A stretch of DNA of 64,000 nt, taken from positions 132,866,001 to 132,930,000 of the forward strand of contig OX597819.1 of the NCBI GenBank assembly GCA_951406725.2, given 5' to 3'. Below are positions 52,861-64,000 of this stretch, piece after piece. The notes beneath the pieces are model-generated. The model was not told the DNA's origin, made no database searches, and saw only the letters and a list, made by a program, of their open reading frames with translations. The stretch comes from Octopus vulgaris (taxonomy: Eukaryota). The translations under genes were made by a program, and so were the position numbers. Every line of letters starts with the position of its first letter. Position 1 is the stretch's first letter.

Positions 52861-54684
52861 TAGCTAACTAAATGAGCCGGCAAGGAAGATTATATGATTG
52901 ACCTATAAACCAGAAATAGTAGCTAAATTTCACTTTAGTTATGCCCCAGTGACTAAGAAAAAGAAGAAAAGAAAGGAAGACAGAACATATCTACTGATGC
53001 AGTCCTAGATAGACTTGCACATAAAAGGGAAGGTAATCACGCACGATCACATCTGATTATTGGAGTCTCTTCAATTAAGGATTACGAGGAGCTAAAAGAA
53101 TCATGAAGCTAGGTTTACAAAATGGCAACTAAACATGGCTCTAACAACAACAACAACAACAACAACAAAAACCAACAACAACAAAACAAAACACAAAACG
53201 GAGAATAACAAAGGTCTTGTGTAGTGTTTGTGAGCAGCGCCGCCGCCGATAACATTGTTATTTCCATTTCGTTGCTTGAAATTCTTTTGCGAGTCATTGT
53301 GACCGATCGAGAAAATAGGTTATTCCTAGATTCAGAATCATTAAATGATTGAAAGATAGATTTTTCTCATGTTACACAGCTGCTATCACAAATTAACATC
53401 ATTGAATTCTTCTGGAATTGGTAAGTAATTGGATTAACACATTAAACTTTCAATGCAACAATATTACTGGCATGATAAACATTGAGAGTTAGAAGATATG
53501 TAATCCTTACGCAGACGATACACAAGTATTAAACAGACGACACAAAAGCATTAAATATGATGCAACAGTATTAAACACACGATACACAAGTATTAAACTG
53601 ACATTCGAATTTCTCTTGCAGATTATTCCTCAGCAACAAAAAAGTGTTTAATACTTTTATGCTCTCATTTTATTTAATGAAAATTGTTTGTGACAACGTG
53701 ATGATGATGCGAAATTTTAAATTATTACATAGGAAATAGCGTGGGAAGGAAAAAATTAAATTTTTCATTAGAGAGATAACGGCTCTAATTTAACCGCTAG
53801 GCTTGTAATTTTGATGGAAAAGGGCTGGTTGATACCATCTACACCAGCACATGACTGCTATTGTGTTTTATTTTCGCTAAGGAGATAATGGTACCAACGT
53901 ATTCGAACTTCTGTTGAACAAATGCATTTAGTAGAAATCAAGAAGACAAATAGAGAAGGATAGAGTTGGAGAAGATGTCCATTTATCAATAGAATGGAGA
54001 ATAAAAACCGTACCGAATCATGAGAGTGTTTACAGTCTCCGTTTGACAAATGCTCCGATATATTGTAATTGGTTAAATTACGAAATAAATTATTGAGGTC
54101 AACAAAACAAATTTTGGACAAATGTTGTCGCCTGAAATATAATAATAAACGAATGGAATCTGACAACTGGAACATTTCTTTCTCAAACAAGTCACGTTTC
54201 TGCAAGAAACCAATAATCGACATTTTCTTTGTTTTTTGTTTTTATTTGTTTGAAGAGAAGAAAAGAAAGAGAAGGGCGGAGAAAGCGACTAATTTGTTAC
54301 GAAACATGTTTAAGACAAGGTAAACAGCCGAGAACACACTTACACACACACACACACACAAACACGCACACACACATACATGCACACATATACCTGCGCG
54401 CACAGAGACCATACACACACACACACAAAGTCACACACACACACACACATATATATAAATGAATTCTGAGAGTCTTTAAAATAGAGATGAATCGTGAGTG
54501 AAAAACTAACAAGTTCTGTAAATTTAAATTTGCACAGACTCCTATTTTATCTCTCGCTAATTCGGTTTGTTTCGTGAAAAAAAAACCCTCATCAAATGAT
54601 GTTTGCAAAACAAATGCAAACACAAACACAAGTTTGTACACCAACACAATCACACACACTCAGAGCTTCATTTATCATGGCTAA

Positions 54685-54709
54685 CTATCTATCTACCTGT
54701 CTGTCTGTA

Positions 54710-54805
<96 letters not shown>

Positions 54806-54806
54806 C

Positions 54807-54861
<55 letters not shown>

Positions 54862-54862
54862 G

Positions 54863-54932
<70 letters not shown>

Positions 54933-54945
54933 ATATCTATCTATA
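54685..54945. repeat. (TATC)n tetranucleotide tract
   Basis: Seen directly in the sequence. Confidence 0.95.
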
Positions 54946-55827
54946 ATACATACATACATAAATTAAGAGGTTTGCTTCTCACTCATGTTCTTCTAGGTTC
55001 AGTCCCGCTAAATTTATATATATATATGATTGTGTATATATTATATTATATTATAAATATATATGCATGTGTGTGTGTGTATGTGTATGTATGTGCGTAG
55101 TAGATATGAAAAGATAAAAACAGATGGAAGCAAAACTGTATAATGAGAACGTGAGACGAAGAGAACAGATCTAATAATTCATCACCTCGTAATACATATG
55201 CCATAAATAAATGACATGCAAGTATGATAGTAAATGTAATTAGTGCTTGAAAAATTTGCACCTTCAATGATAAATGACTGAGTTTATTTCTGATAAAATA
55301 TGTTTATTTAATGAACAGATAGGAATGGCGTTTAATGCAGATTAGCTGAATAAACGAAGAAGTAAAGAACTGCGCCTTACTGCCTCTATTATTTATTCAT
55401 TTATCACCGTTAATATCAATTTATCCCAGTTAATATAAATTGCTTTAGTTTATACGGAATTGGCAGAAAAGATTGGAAATTTGATGAAATAATTTTGTAT
55501 CATTATTGTAGATTCTGCGTTCAATTAGCATCGGGTCAATGTTTCTTCACATCTCGCTCCAGGGTCAGTTACTGATTATTTGGACAATCAGTGAGAAAAA
55601 TTCTTTGTAGGACAGTGACTCGCTAGAAATAGAAACCGAAGGTTCCAATATTCCACGTAACCGTCTTTTGAAAAAGTGACGGAATGATATATTGGCTAAT
55701 GTAGTCTGAGATAAACTGTTTGAGAAGTTGAGAAGGTCGTGGTGGGAATGCATCATTTGATTATGTTTCCCTAATATGTGTTGTTTTGGATTAACTTACG
55801 AAAATAGCAATGATTATACGTACATTG

Positions 55828-55877
<50 letters not shown>

Positions 55878-55965
55878 TCGGGTTCAGTCCCACTGCACGG
55901 CACCTTGGGCAAGTGTCTTCTATAGCCTCGGATCGACCAAAGCCAGATGAGTAGATTTTTTAGCC

Positions 55966-56008
<43 letters not shown>

Positions 56009-56120
56009 GCTGAAATGGAGACAACATGTTCTTTGTCTATCTCTTTAACTTCTTGGAGATTTTAGGTATAATTATACTAATGTGTTCATCTGTTCTAATT
56101 TAATTAAACTCTATATCTTT

Positions 56121-56209
56121 GTGCAGCTGAGGATTGCTCTGCATTTTAAATTGATGTAATGATTGCATTGTTCAGTTAAATGGAGTTACATGAAACGATC
56201 GTACTGCAT
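56121..56209 (+). ncRNA. Type I hammerhead ribozyme in a ~235-bp element (56006-56240) bounded by (TA)n
   Basis: gtgcag-CTGAGGA-[long stem II: ctc/gag, cattttaa/ttaaatg, attga/tcagt]-GAAAC-GATC-GTA-ctgcat. Confidence 0.8.
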
Positions 56210-56964
56210 TACCTCTGGATATCCTTGTTGATTATTTTGATATGTATATATATATATATATATATACATGCACACAGACATACACACACATATTTAGAGT
56301 AGGGATATGATATCCAGGCAGAAACCGATTTTCTGAGAGTAAAATACCAAGGCTGGTCCCTTCCGATAGTTCGTCTTTTGGTAATCTGCCTTCGGCTCTC
56401 TTCCGATGTTCCAGTTTATTTCTTGGCTACTTAGAGTCTAAAGAACAACATCAAAATGAAGAGACTGAAGAATTTAAACTTTATTCAAACTTTATGTATA
56501 TGTTTGCGCTTAGCTGTTTGTCTTGTTTTAAACATGTTTCGTAACAAATTGCTTATGTACTTTCTCCGCCTTTCCCTTTCTTTCCTTCAAAATGCTTACT
56601 GGCTATTTGTGACTCCATGCGTGTCTTTGAGAAATTTTCTGATCACAAATATCGCAATAATCGCTCTTCTAACTCTACACTCACATTAAGTAAGACATAA
56701 ATATTACCATTCGCTTTCCGTGCTAATACTAATTTTTATATATTATTGTGTATCTTAATAAACATCGAACTGTACATATTAATGATAGGAGTAAATCGAT
56801 CTCTAGGCGTCTGTATACTTTTATTGGAGTAAAAATAAACTTCATCGGAACCATCTATAATATATTCCACCAGAGTTTACTAACCTTCACTCATAGAATC
56901 GTTTAAGTCCTTCCAGAATTTTCATATATATCTTAATATTCTTTTCTACTAAGGCAACGTGCCT

Positions 56965-57950
56965 TATTTCGTCTGCCATAACTTTCTGAATTTAAATTCC
57001 GCCGAGGTTGACTTTGCCTGTCATCCTTTCGGAGTTAATAAATTAAGTACCAGTCACGCACTGAGGTCGATATAATCGACTTAATCCGTTTGTCTGTTCT
57101 TGTTTGTCCTCTCTGTGTTTAGCCCCTTGTGGGTAGTAAAGAAATAGGTATTTCGTCTGCCGCTATGTTCCGAGTTAAAAATCCGCCGAGGTCAACTTTG
57201 CCTTTCGTCCTTTCGGGGTCGATTAAATAAGTACCAGTTACGCACTGGGGTCGATATAATCGACTTAATCCGTTTGTCTGTCCTTGTTTGTCCCCTCTGT
57301 GTGTAGCCCCTTGTGGGCAGTAAAAAAATAGGTATTTCGTCTGCCGTTACGTTCTGAGTTCAAATTCCGCCGAAGTCGACTTTGCCTTTCATCCATTAGG
57401 GGTTGATAAATTAAGTAGCAGTTACGCACTGGTGTAGATGTAATCGACTTAATCCATTAGGCTGTCCTTGTTTCTCCCCTATAAATTTCTTTATTGCCCA
57501 CCCCCCGAGGGCAATAAAGAAATAAGAAACGTTAGCACGCCGGACGAAATGCTTAGCGGTATTTCGTCTGCCGTTACGTTCTGAGTTCAAATTCCGCTGA
57601 GGTCGACTTTGCCTTTTATCCTTTCGGGATCGATTAAATTTATCGACCCCGAAAGGATGAAAGGTAAAGTTGACCCCGGCGGAATTTGAACTCACAACGT
57701 ATAGACAGACGAAATACCTATTTCTTTACTACGCACAAGGGGCTAAACACCGAGGGGACGAACAAGGACAGACAAACGGATTAAGTCGATTATATCGACC
57801 CTAGTGCGTCACTGGTACTTATTTAATCGACCCCGAAAGGATGAAAGGCACAGTCGACCTCGGCGGAATTTGAACTCAGAACGTAGCGGCAGACGAAATA
57901 CTGGTAAGCATTTCGCCCGGTGTGCTAACGTTTCTGCCAGCTCACCACCT
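56965..57950. mobile_element. Multimeric Meta-like SINE array: four plus units then two minus units (inversion at ~57640)
   Basis: ~183-bp units joined at aagaaataggtatttcgtc, with an inverted block after gattaaatttatcga. Confidence 0.9.
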
Positions 57951-58040
57951 TCTAAATATCCTAATATTACAAAACCAGACGACAACGAGGATCTTACAGA
58001 GAATTAAACAACTTGTTGAGAATAGTGCGGACATGTCGGT

Positions 58041-58087
<47 letters not shown>

Positions 58088-60260
58088 GTGTCTCTTGGCT
58101 ATCATTACTTCACGATATGTCTACAGCCATTCTTTCAGTTACTTTGAAAGCTATTCCGTGCTATGACTCGAAAATAACCTCTACTTCAACCACTCAAATG
58201 AGTCTCCATTTCCTACGCCTCCATTCACACCGCTCTTGTTCACACGACATCTATTATCAAACACATTATTCCTACGCTCACTTACTCTATGTTAATTATC
58301 ACACAACATTGCCACCACTGCTGCTCTATTCAGTGATCATTCTCTTCAACCCCACTCAGCCTATCTGTTGTTGCACTACAGACAATTGAAGGTAACAATG
58401 GCTCCATTATGTGTTCGTAGACGGGAGAGGAACAAGGAAAACAGTTTTATAAGAGTTTCTAGATTAATGACGATATGTTTTCTCTCTTGCTTCATATTTC
58501 CTTTTGTAATTCCTCTGTCTTTGAAAACTTGAAAATAATTTCAACAATTTTAAAAGGAAAAATACGCGTTTCCTCAAAGAAATAAAGATATTTATTGTTT
58601 GTTTCATCGGGTGTAACGATAATTGATAGACACATACGTATTCGGAGAGTTCTTTGTTTCGTTAATATCCGCTTGAACTCTATATTCTTTGCTCTTCTTA
58701 GACTTTTGTTTAAGATAATTCTAATGCTTCGAGAAATATTCTTTAGAAGATTTGTAGATGTACACCATTTTAAGAAATATAAATAATTCTCATATGCAAA
58801 TTGAGCATCGTTCATTTCTTTTATTTTGAGAATATTTGCGTAGTGGAAATTCTTTACCATCCTTGAATACAACATCTCAAGTGAAGCTGGCTTTTAGAAG
58901 AGCAGCTGACGTTTACCTGAAGAATAATTCGATTCTACAAGTGGAACTGGTTTCTGCTGTGAACGTCTGTGGCTTTTATAACAAGTGTGCATAGCTTTCA
59001 AATCGGTAAACCAATCGTTAGTGAAGATCAGTCGCGAAATCCTACGACAGAAGACATGTTGTAGCAATATTTCAAGGTCTTCAATACTTAGAGTGTCATA
59101 TGACTCAGCCCTGATAGCCACAACGACAGCAAGTCGGTTATCCAGTTGAATAAGGATCTCGTATAACGATGGTCTTGCTTGAATAAACTCTTTACTACCG
59201 AACTATATTATTGGACATAAGCCAACAATTACTAGGTGCGTTAGATTTGTTTGCCGTAATCAGATGTTAATGAACTGGGTGGAAATCTACATTATGAAGA
59301 TTGAAGTTGAAACATGGCACTGCATGGTATTTCGGTAAGTTCTCAACAAACAGTTAGGTGTTTCCTAGTTGAATTCTTGTTAAATGAACGAAACTACAGA
59401 AAAATGTAATCCTAAAGTGTCTTTACTCGGAAGATATTCAATTAAAATATTCTGATTTCGGAAAATAATGTTCAGTGTCAGCAATTGTAAGGAATAGCAG
59501 AAATAATATAAAAGAAGCATGTTTCATTTACCCCACTTTAATTACTGTCAATCGAATTAGAAACACGTTCCCTTTGAACTTGTGAAACATGCGTTGGGAA
59601 AGTGTGGGAAGAAGTGAAGAACTTTTCCGTAATAAAATATATTTTAGAACTGAAAAGTTATTCGTATCAATGAAAAAAGTTGCTGTGAAGAGAAATTAAG
59701 GAGAATAAAAATACACCATAAATAAAAGAAAAAAAAATCCAAATTAGGAAATGCCTGAAGACTTTTCTATATTTTTAAGAAACAATATATATTTAGAATT
59801 ACTTTGGCGAGTTCGAACTTATTTGATTATTCGCAGCACAACCAAGTAAGAAACATGCACCGAATTCTACAGAGTTATTTGCGTTTATTGTATAAAATTA
59901 CCGTTGTTCTTCTTCGTCTAGCATCGTGTCAGGTAAATATTTAAAGAAACAAGAAAATGATAATAATTGGTTGCCATTCTTTAGACTCGATTCGATAAAT
60001 CGATTTTTTCTGTTAACTATTTGGAAGATATATCATGAGTAGAAATGACAAAGGATAATTAATCAATTATGAATATGAAATAACTAATCAATATAACGGT
60101 CAGTAATTAATCTTAAGTATACATTAGGGATGGAATTGGTCTGCGTCAGTTAAACAGTTGGACGGAAAATTGAAAATAAGCTCAGGGGATTCACTCCATT
60201 ATTCATGAAACAAAAACCACCGAGACGACACACTCATAAAATGCAACGTACATACATAGG

Positions 60261-60301
<41 letters not shown>

Positions 60302-60331
60302 CATATATACATATGTACATATACGTGCACA

Positions 60332-60461
<130 letters not shown>

Positions 60462-60572
60462 TACATATACATATATGTATACGCATGTACATACGATATA
60501 CATATGCACATACATATATAAACATATATATATATATATAAATTTAGATGCTGATAAGTATATATATGTATA

Positions 60573-60619
<47 letters not shown>

Positions 60620-60728
60620 GTGTATGTATATTTATATATCAATATATATATTTGTATGCATATGTACATCTATTACATGTATATATTTAAAAGCATACAC
60701 ACACACACAAACATACACACACACACGT

Positions 60729-60797
<69 letters not shown>

Positions 60798-62090
60798 CTT
60801 ATATATGCACATCGGTATATAGATATAGATTGTAGTAATGGAACATGAACGTTCCCTGGTAGTTTTTAATAGATTAATACCAGTTAACGTAGATATTGAT
60901 TTTCATATTATCACCACATTTCTGTTTTATATGAGTTAAGAAATGTTAAAAAATGATTACATTTTTCTGCTCGGGAATTTATTCGTTGGTACACGCCACC
61001 GAATTCACTCATTGAATTATATATAATACATAATATATAATATAATGTAATATAATATATATTTGGTCTGGGTGAAATTAGTATTGCTCATAGTACACTT
61101 AAATTGTTAGAGAATGCGAGAGGAATTGGACGAGGTTTTCAGTGAATGCCTAGGAAGAAGGAAGTGAGAGGAGGTGGGTAGATTCTCGAATATAAAGAAT
61201 TTAGATGGAAGGGATATTTAGGTATGAGGTAAAGGATGAGCGAGAGGGAGGGAAGGACTGTGTGTGTTTGTGTGTGAGATGGTTAAGTTATCGATTTATA
61301 TATGGAAGAGGATATATAGTTGTTGCCTACATTGGTTGGTGTTGTGTGCTTTTACGAATTTAAAATGAAACTAGAAATATGTTTATATTGATCAACTAAT
61401 TCTGGTGAACCTTAGCTCAGTCCTTCAATCAAATCAACGTCTGGAGAGATACACAATCAGATGTCGAGGTTATCAGAGCCCGACCTGAAGCGAAGTGTTT
61501 TGCTAAAAAAGACACACAACACACCGCTCGCTCTGGGGAGCCGAACCCACGATCTCGTCATTGTGATTGCAACACCCTAACCACTACACCACGCGCCCAA
61601 ACCTTAACTAATTTCATATATCACATCAAATACACATACACACACACACAAGCACAGACCCTCCACACACGCGCGCGTGCACACGCACACACACGCATAG
61701 ACACACACTTCAGTAGATGATGTGGTACTGAATGCTGATGCGTAAAATGTCTGTCTGTTGAAATTGACCTCTTGGACGGTAGAAAGAACACAGAGAACTT
61801 TACTGGCAAAATTATGAGCAGTTTTGAAAGAGAAGGAGATCGAGTATGAGGAGATTAGATCTAATATCAGAGTAAATTGAATTTCCATGGTTGAAAGTTC
61901 GTAGAAAATATGGTTTTTGTTATGAGACAGGTTTGGTCAATCTTTCGTCTCATTCATCACATATTTTTAATCATTACATCACCATCTTCTTTAGTCATCA
62001 AAATTTATATCATTAGAGTTATTTACTATCGATAGAGTTTTGTATGTGTGTGTGTGCATACATCATATATGCATGCGTATATTATGCCTG

Positions 62091-62139
<49 letters not shown>

Positions 62140-62374
62140 GTGTGTATGTGTGTATATATGTATATAAATGTATGTATATAATATATATATACATACATCA
62201 TACATACCTACATACATACACCTATATACGCGTATGCATATACAAATGAAATCTGAATTGTCTGTATAGTTGATAGTAAATAAGAAATCCGTGACGCCCA
62301 CCATCTGCGTGTCAATAAGAATAGCAGTGAAAGTTCGAGTCCTTTTTGTAAATCGGTTACACATTATGAAATAT

Positions 62375-62575
62375 TGGTTCCAAATTTTGGTGCAAGGCCA
62401 GCAATTTCGCGGGAGAAGCAAGTCGGATACTTTGATCCCCAGTACATGACTGATACCTATTTTATGACCGTGAAAGGATGAAAGACAAAATCAACCGCGG
62501 CGGAATTTGAAATCAAAATAAAGATGGATGAAACAGCATTCTTCCCGGCGTGGTAAAGATTCTGACAGCTCACTT
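62375..62575 (-). mobile_element. Diverged Meta-like SINE
   Basis: gaaaggatgaaagacaaaatcaaccgcggcggaatttgaa. Confidence 0.7.
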
Positions 62576-62876
62576 CCCTCACATAAAGAAATATTAATAT
62601 ATTAAAATGTTGCTCGTTAAATGCAGAAAATTTGTGAGTAGACATAGTGAATGGGATCGGCTTTCCACCATGTTCAGTGGGAACACTAAGGTCGGGCGTC
62701 TGCTATATATATATATTGATAAATATATATATTGATAAAAACGGTAAGATAACAAAAGAAAGAGACCTCAATATTATGTAAATAGAGGAAGAGATGGTGG
62801 CGTGGATTTCCACCTCGGCATCCGAAACCCGGAGTTTTATCTTGGCTACCGAATAATTGTCACATATTACTTTTAC

Positions 62877-62936
<60 letters not shown>

Positions 62937-63007
62937 ATGTATGTATGTATGTATGTATGTATGTATATGTGTGTGTGCGTATATGTATATATGTATGCAT
63001 GTATGTA

Positions 63008-63080
<73 letters not shown>

Positions 63081-64000
63081 GTGTGTACAAGTGTGTGTGT
63101 GTGTGTGTGTGTGCATGTGTGTGTATGGTCGTGTTTGCGTGCTTGTGAGTCTGTATGTCTATCACCAGCATAAACATATTTATGTAAATTAGTATTCTAT
63201 TGATTTTTCCGGCCGCTCCCTTTCCATCTCTAATGTCTTTAAGCAAGACATGAATGTTAATAGTCTCATTCGTTCGTCACATAAAACCTCCATGTTTGTA
63301 CGGATGGAGGAAATTAACAATCTGGGTGAGACGACGACGCTCTACTGAACCTAATTTGGTGCTAGCGTTTCTGTCATAATTGATTGTTATTATGTTCACG
63401 TATAAAGTTGTTACGTCATATTTTATGTTCTTATTTCATAACCACGACAATCCAATATAGAAATCAAATTAATAGAGGTATAAAAAGTGTAACACCCTTC
63501 CCAGAATCAATATTGTTTCGATCCTCGAACGCCACCTCAGTAATGTCATCGGGATTGTAGAGAAATTTACCGCGTTTGCAAAAATGTTTATCAGCAAGTT
63601 TTTGGATTCGTAGAATGTTAATGTTCCAAAGTAGCAGTAATGAAGTGAAAGAATTGAAAATCCAAGAAATATAATGGAATTCGTATAACTAAAATATAAT
63701 CAACGAGAAATACATTTTCAGAATCTGATATTTCAACGGATGATGATAAAATAATCTTCTTAAAACTAGAATAATCCGATATGATATAATAAATCCAATT
63801 ATCATCTTAGAATCAGAGCAGGTACCTTAGAGCTTGGTTTTAAACCGCCCCAAAGAGGAGGCAGTAACACTTACAGGGATTTCAAGTATTTCAACTTCTA
63901 AAGCAAAACCAGGCAATCTTTAAGAAAATCACCAAATTTTTATTGATAAGGAAAGAATGGAATAAGAATTATTTTCAGTATGTTTGGCATCAGATGTCTC

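Noticed and set aside
56965-57950. Repeat array resembling CRISPR
   Set aside because: Units are ~183-bp SINE copies without unique spacers, in eukaryotic DNA with no cas genes.
62785-63560. GAAAC motifs with nearby stems (~62824 plus; ~63520-63552 minus with CCGATGA)
   Set aside because: The 5' core is missing or mutated and the stems are not convincing.
63600-64000. Acidic stretch (SESDISTDDDK) resembling a piggyBac N-terminus
   Set aside because: No TIR, TTAA or catalytic motif is visible, and it is cut by the window edge.

Overview
AT-rich eukaryotic (animal) DNA, very rich in microsatellites and almost entirely intergenic or intronic. The SINE families and the (TA)n/(CA)n/(TATC)n/(ATT)n load look like an octopus (coleoid cephalopod) genome; this is an inference. 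No host protein-coding gene could be supported, and most listed ORFs are translations of simple repeats. The window is a mosaic of mobile elements: a full-length but decayed piggyBac (TTAA TSDs, TIRs), two Helitrons, a decayed mariner and a fold-back mariner MITE, fragments of Penelope-like (PLE), RTE, CR1 and R4/Dong LINEs, and many tRNA-derived SINEs. The most striking non-coding signal is a dispersed set of hammerhead-ribozyme (HHR) motifs from several unrelated families. They sit in short elements next to (TA)n tracts, and several have intact cores and palindromic stem III. One locus is a 480-bp tandem-plus-inverted array with three HHRs (retrozyme-like or PLE pLTR-like). Several hairpins fold back at or near the predicted self-cleavage site. 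All calls were made by eye, and boundaries of degenerate elements are approximate.
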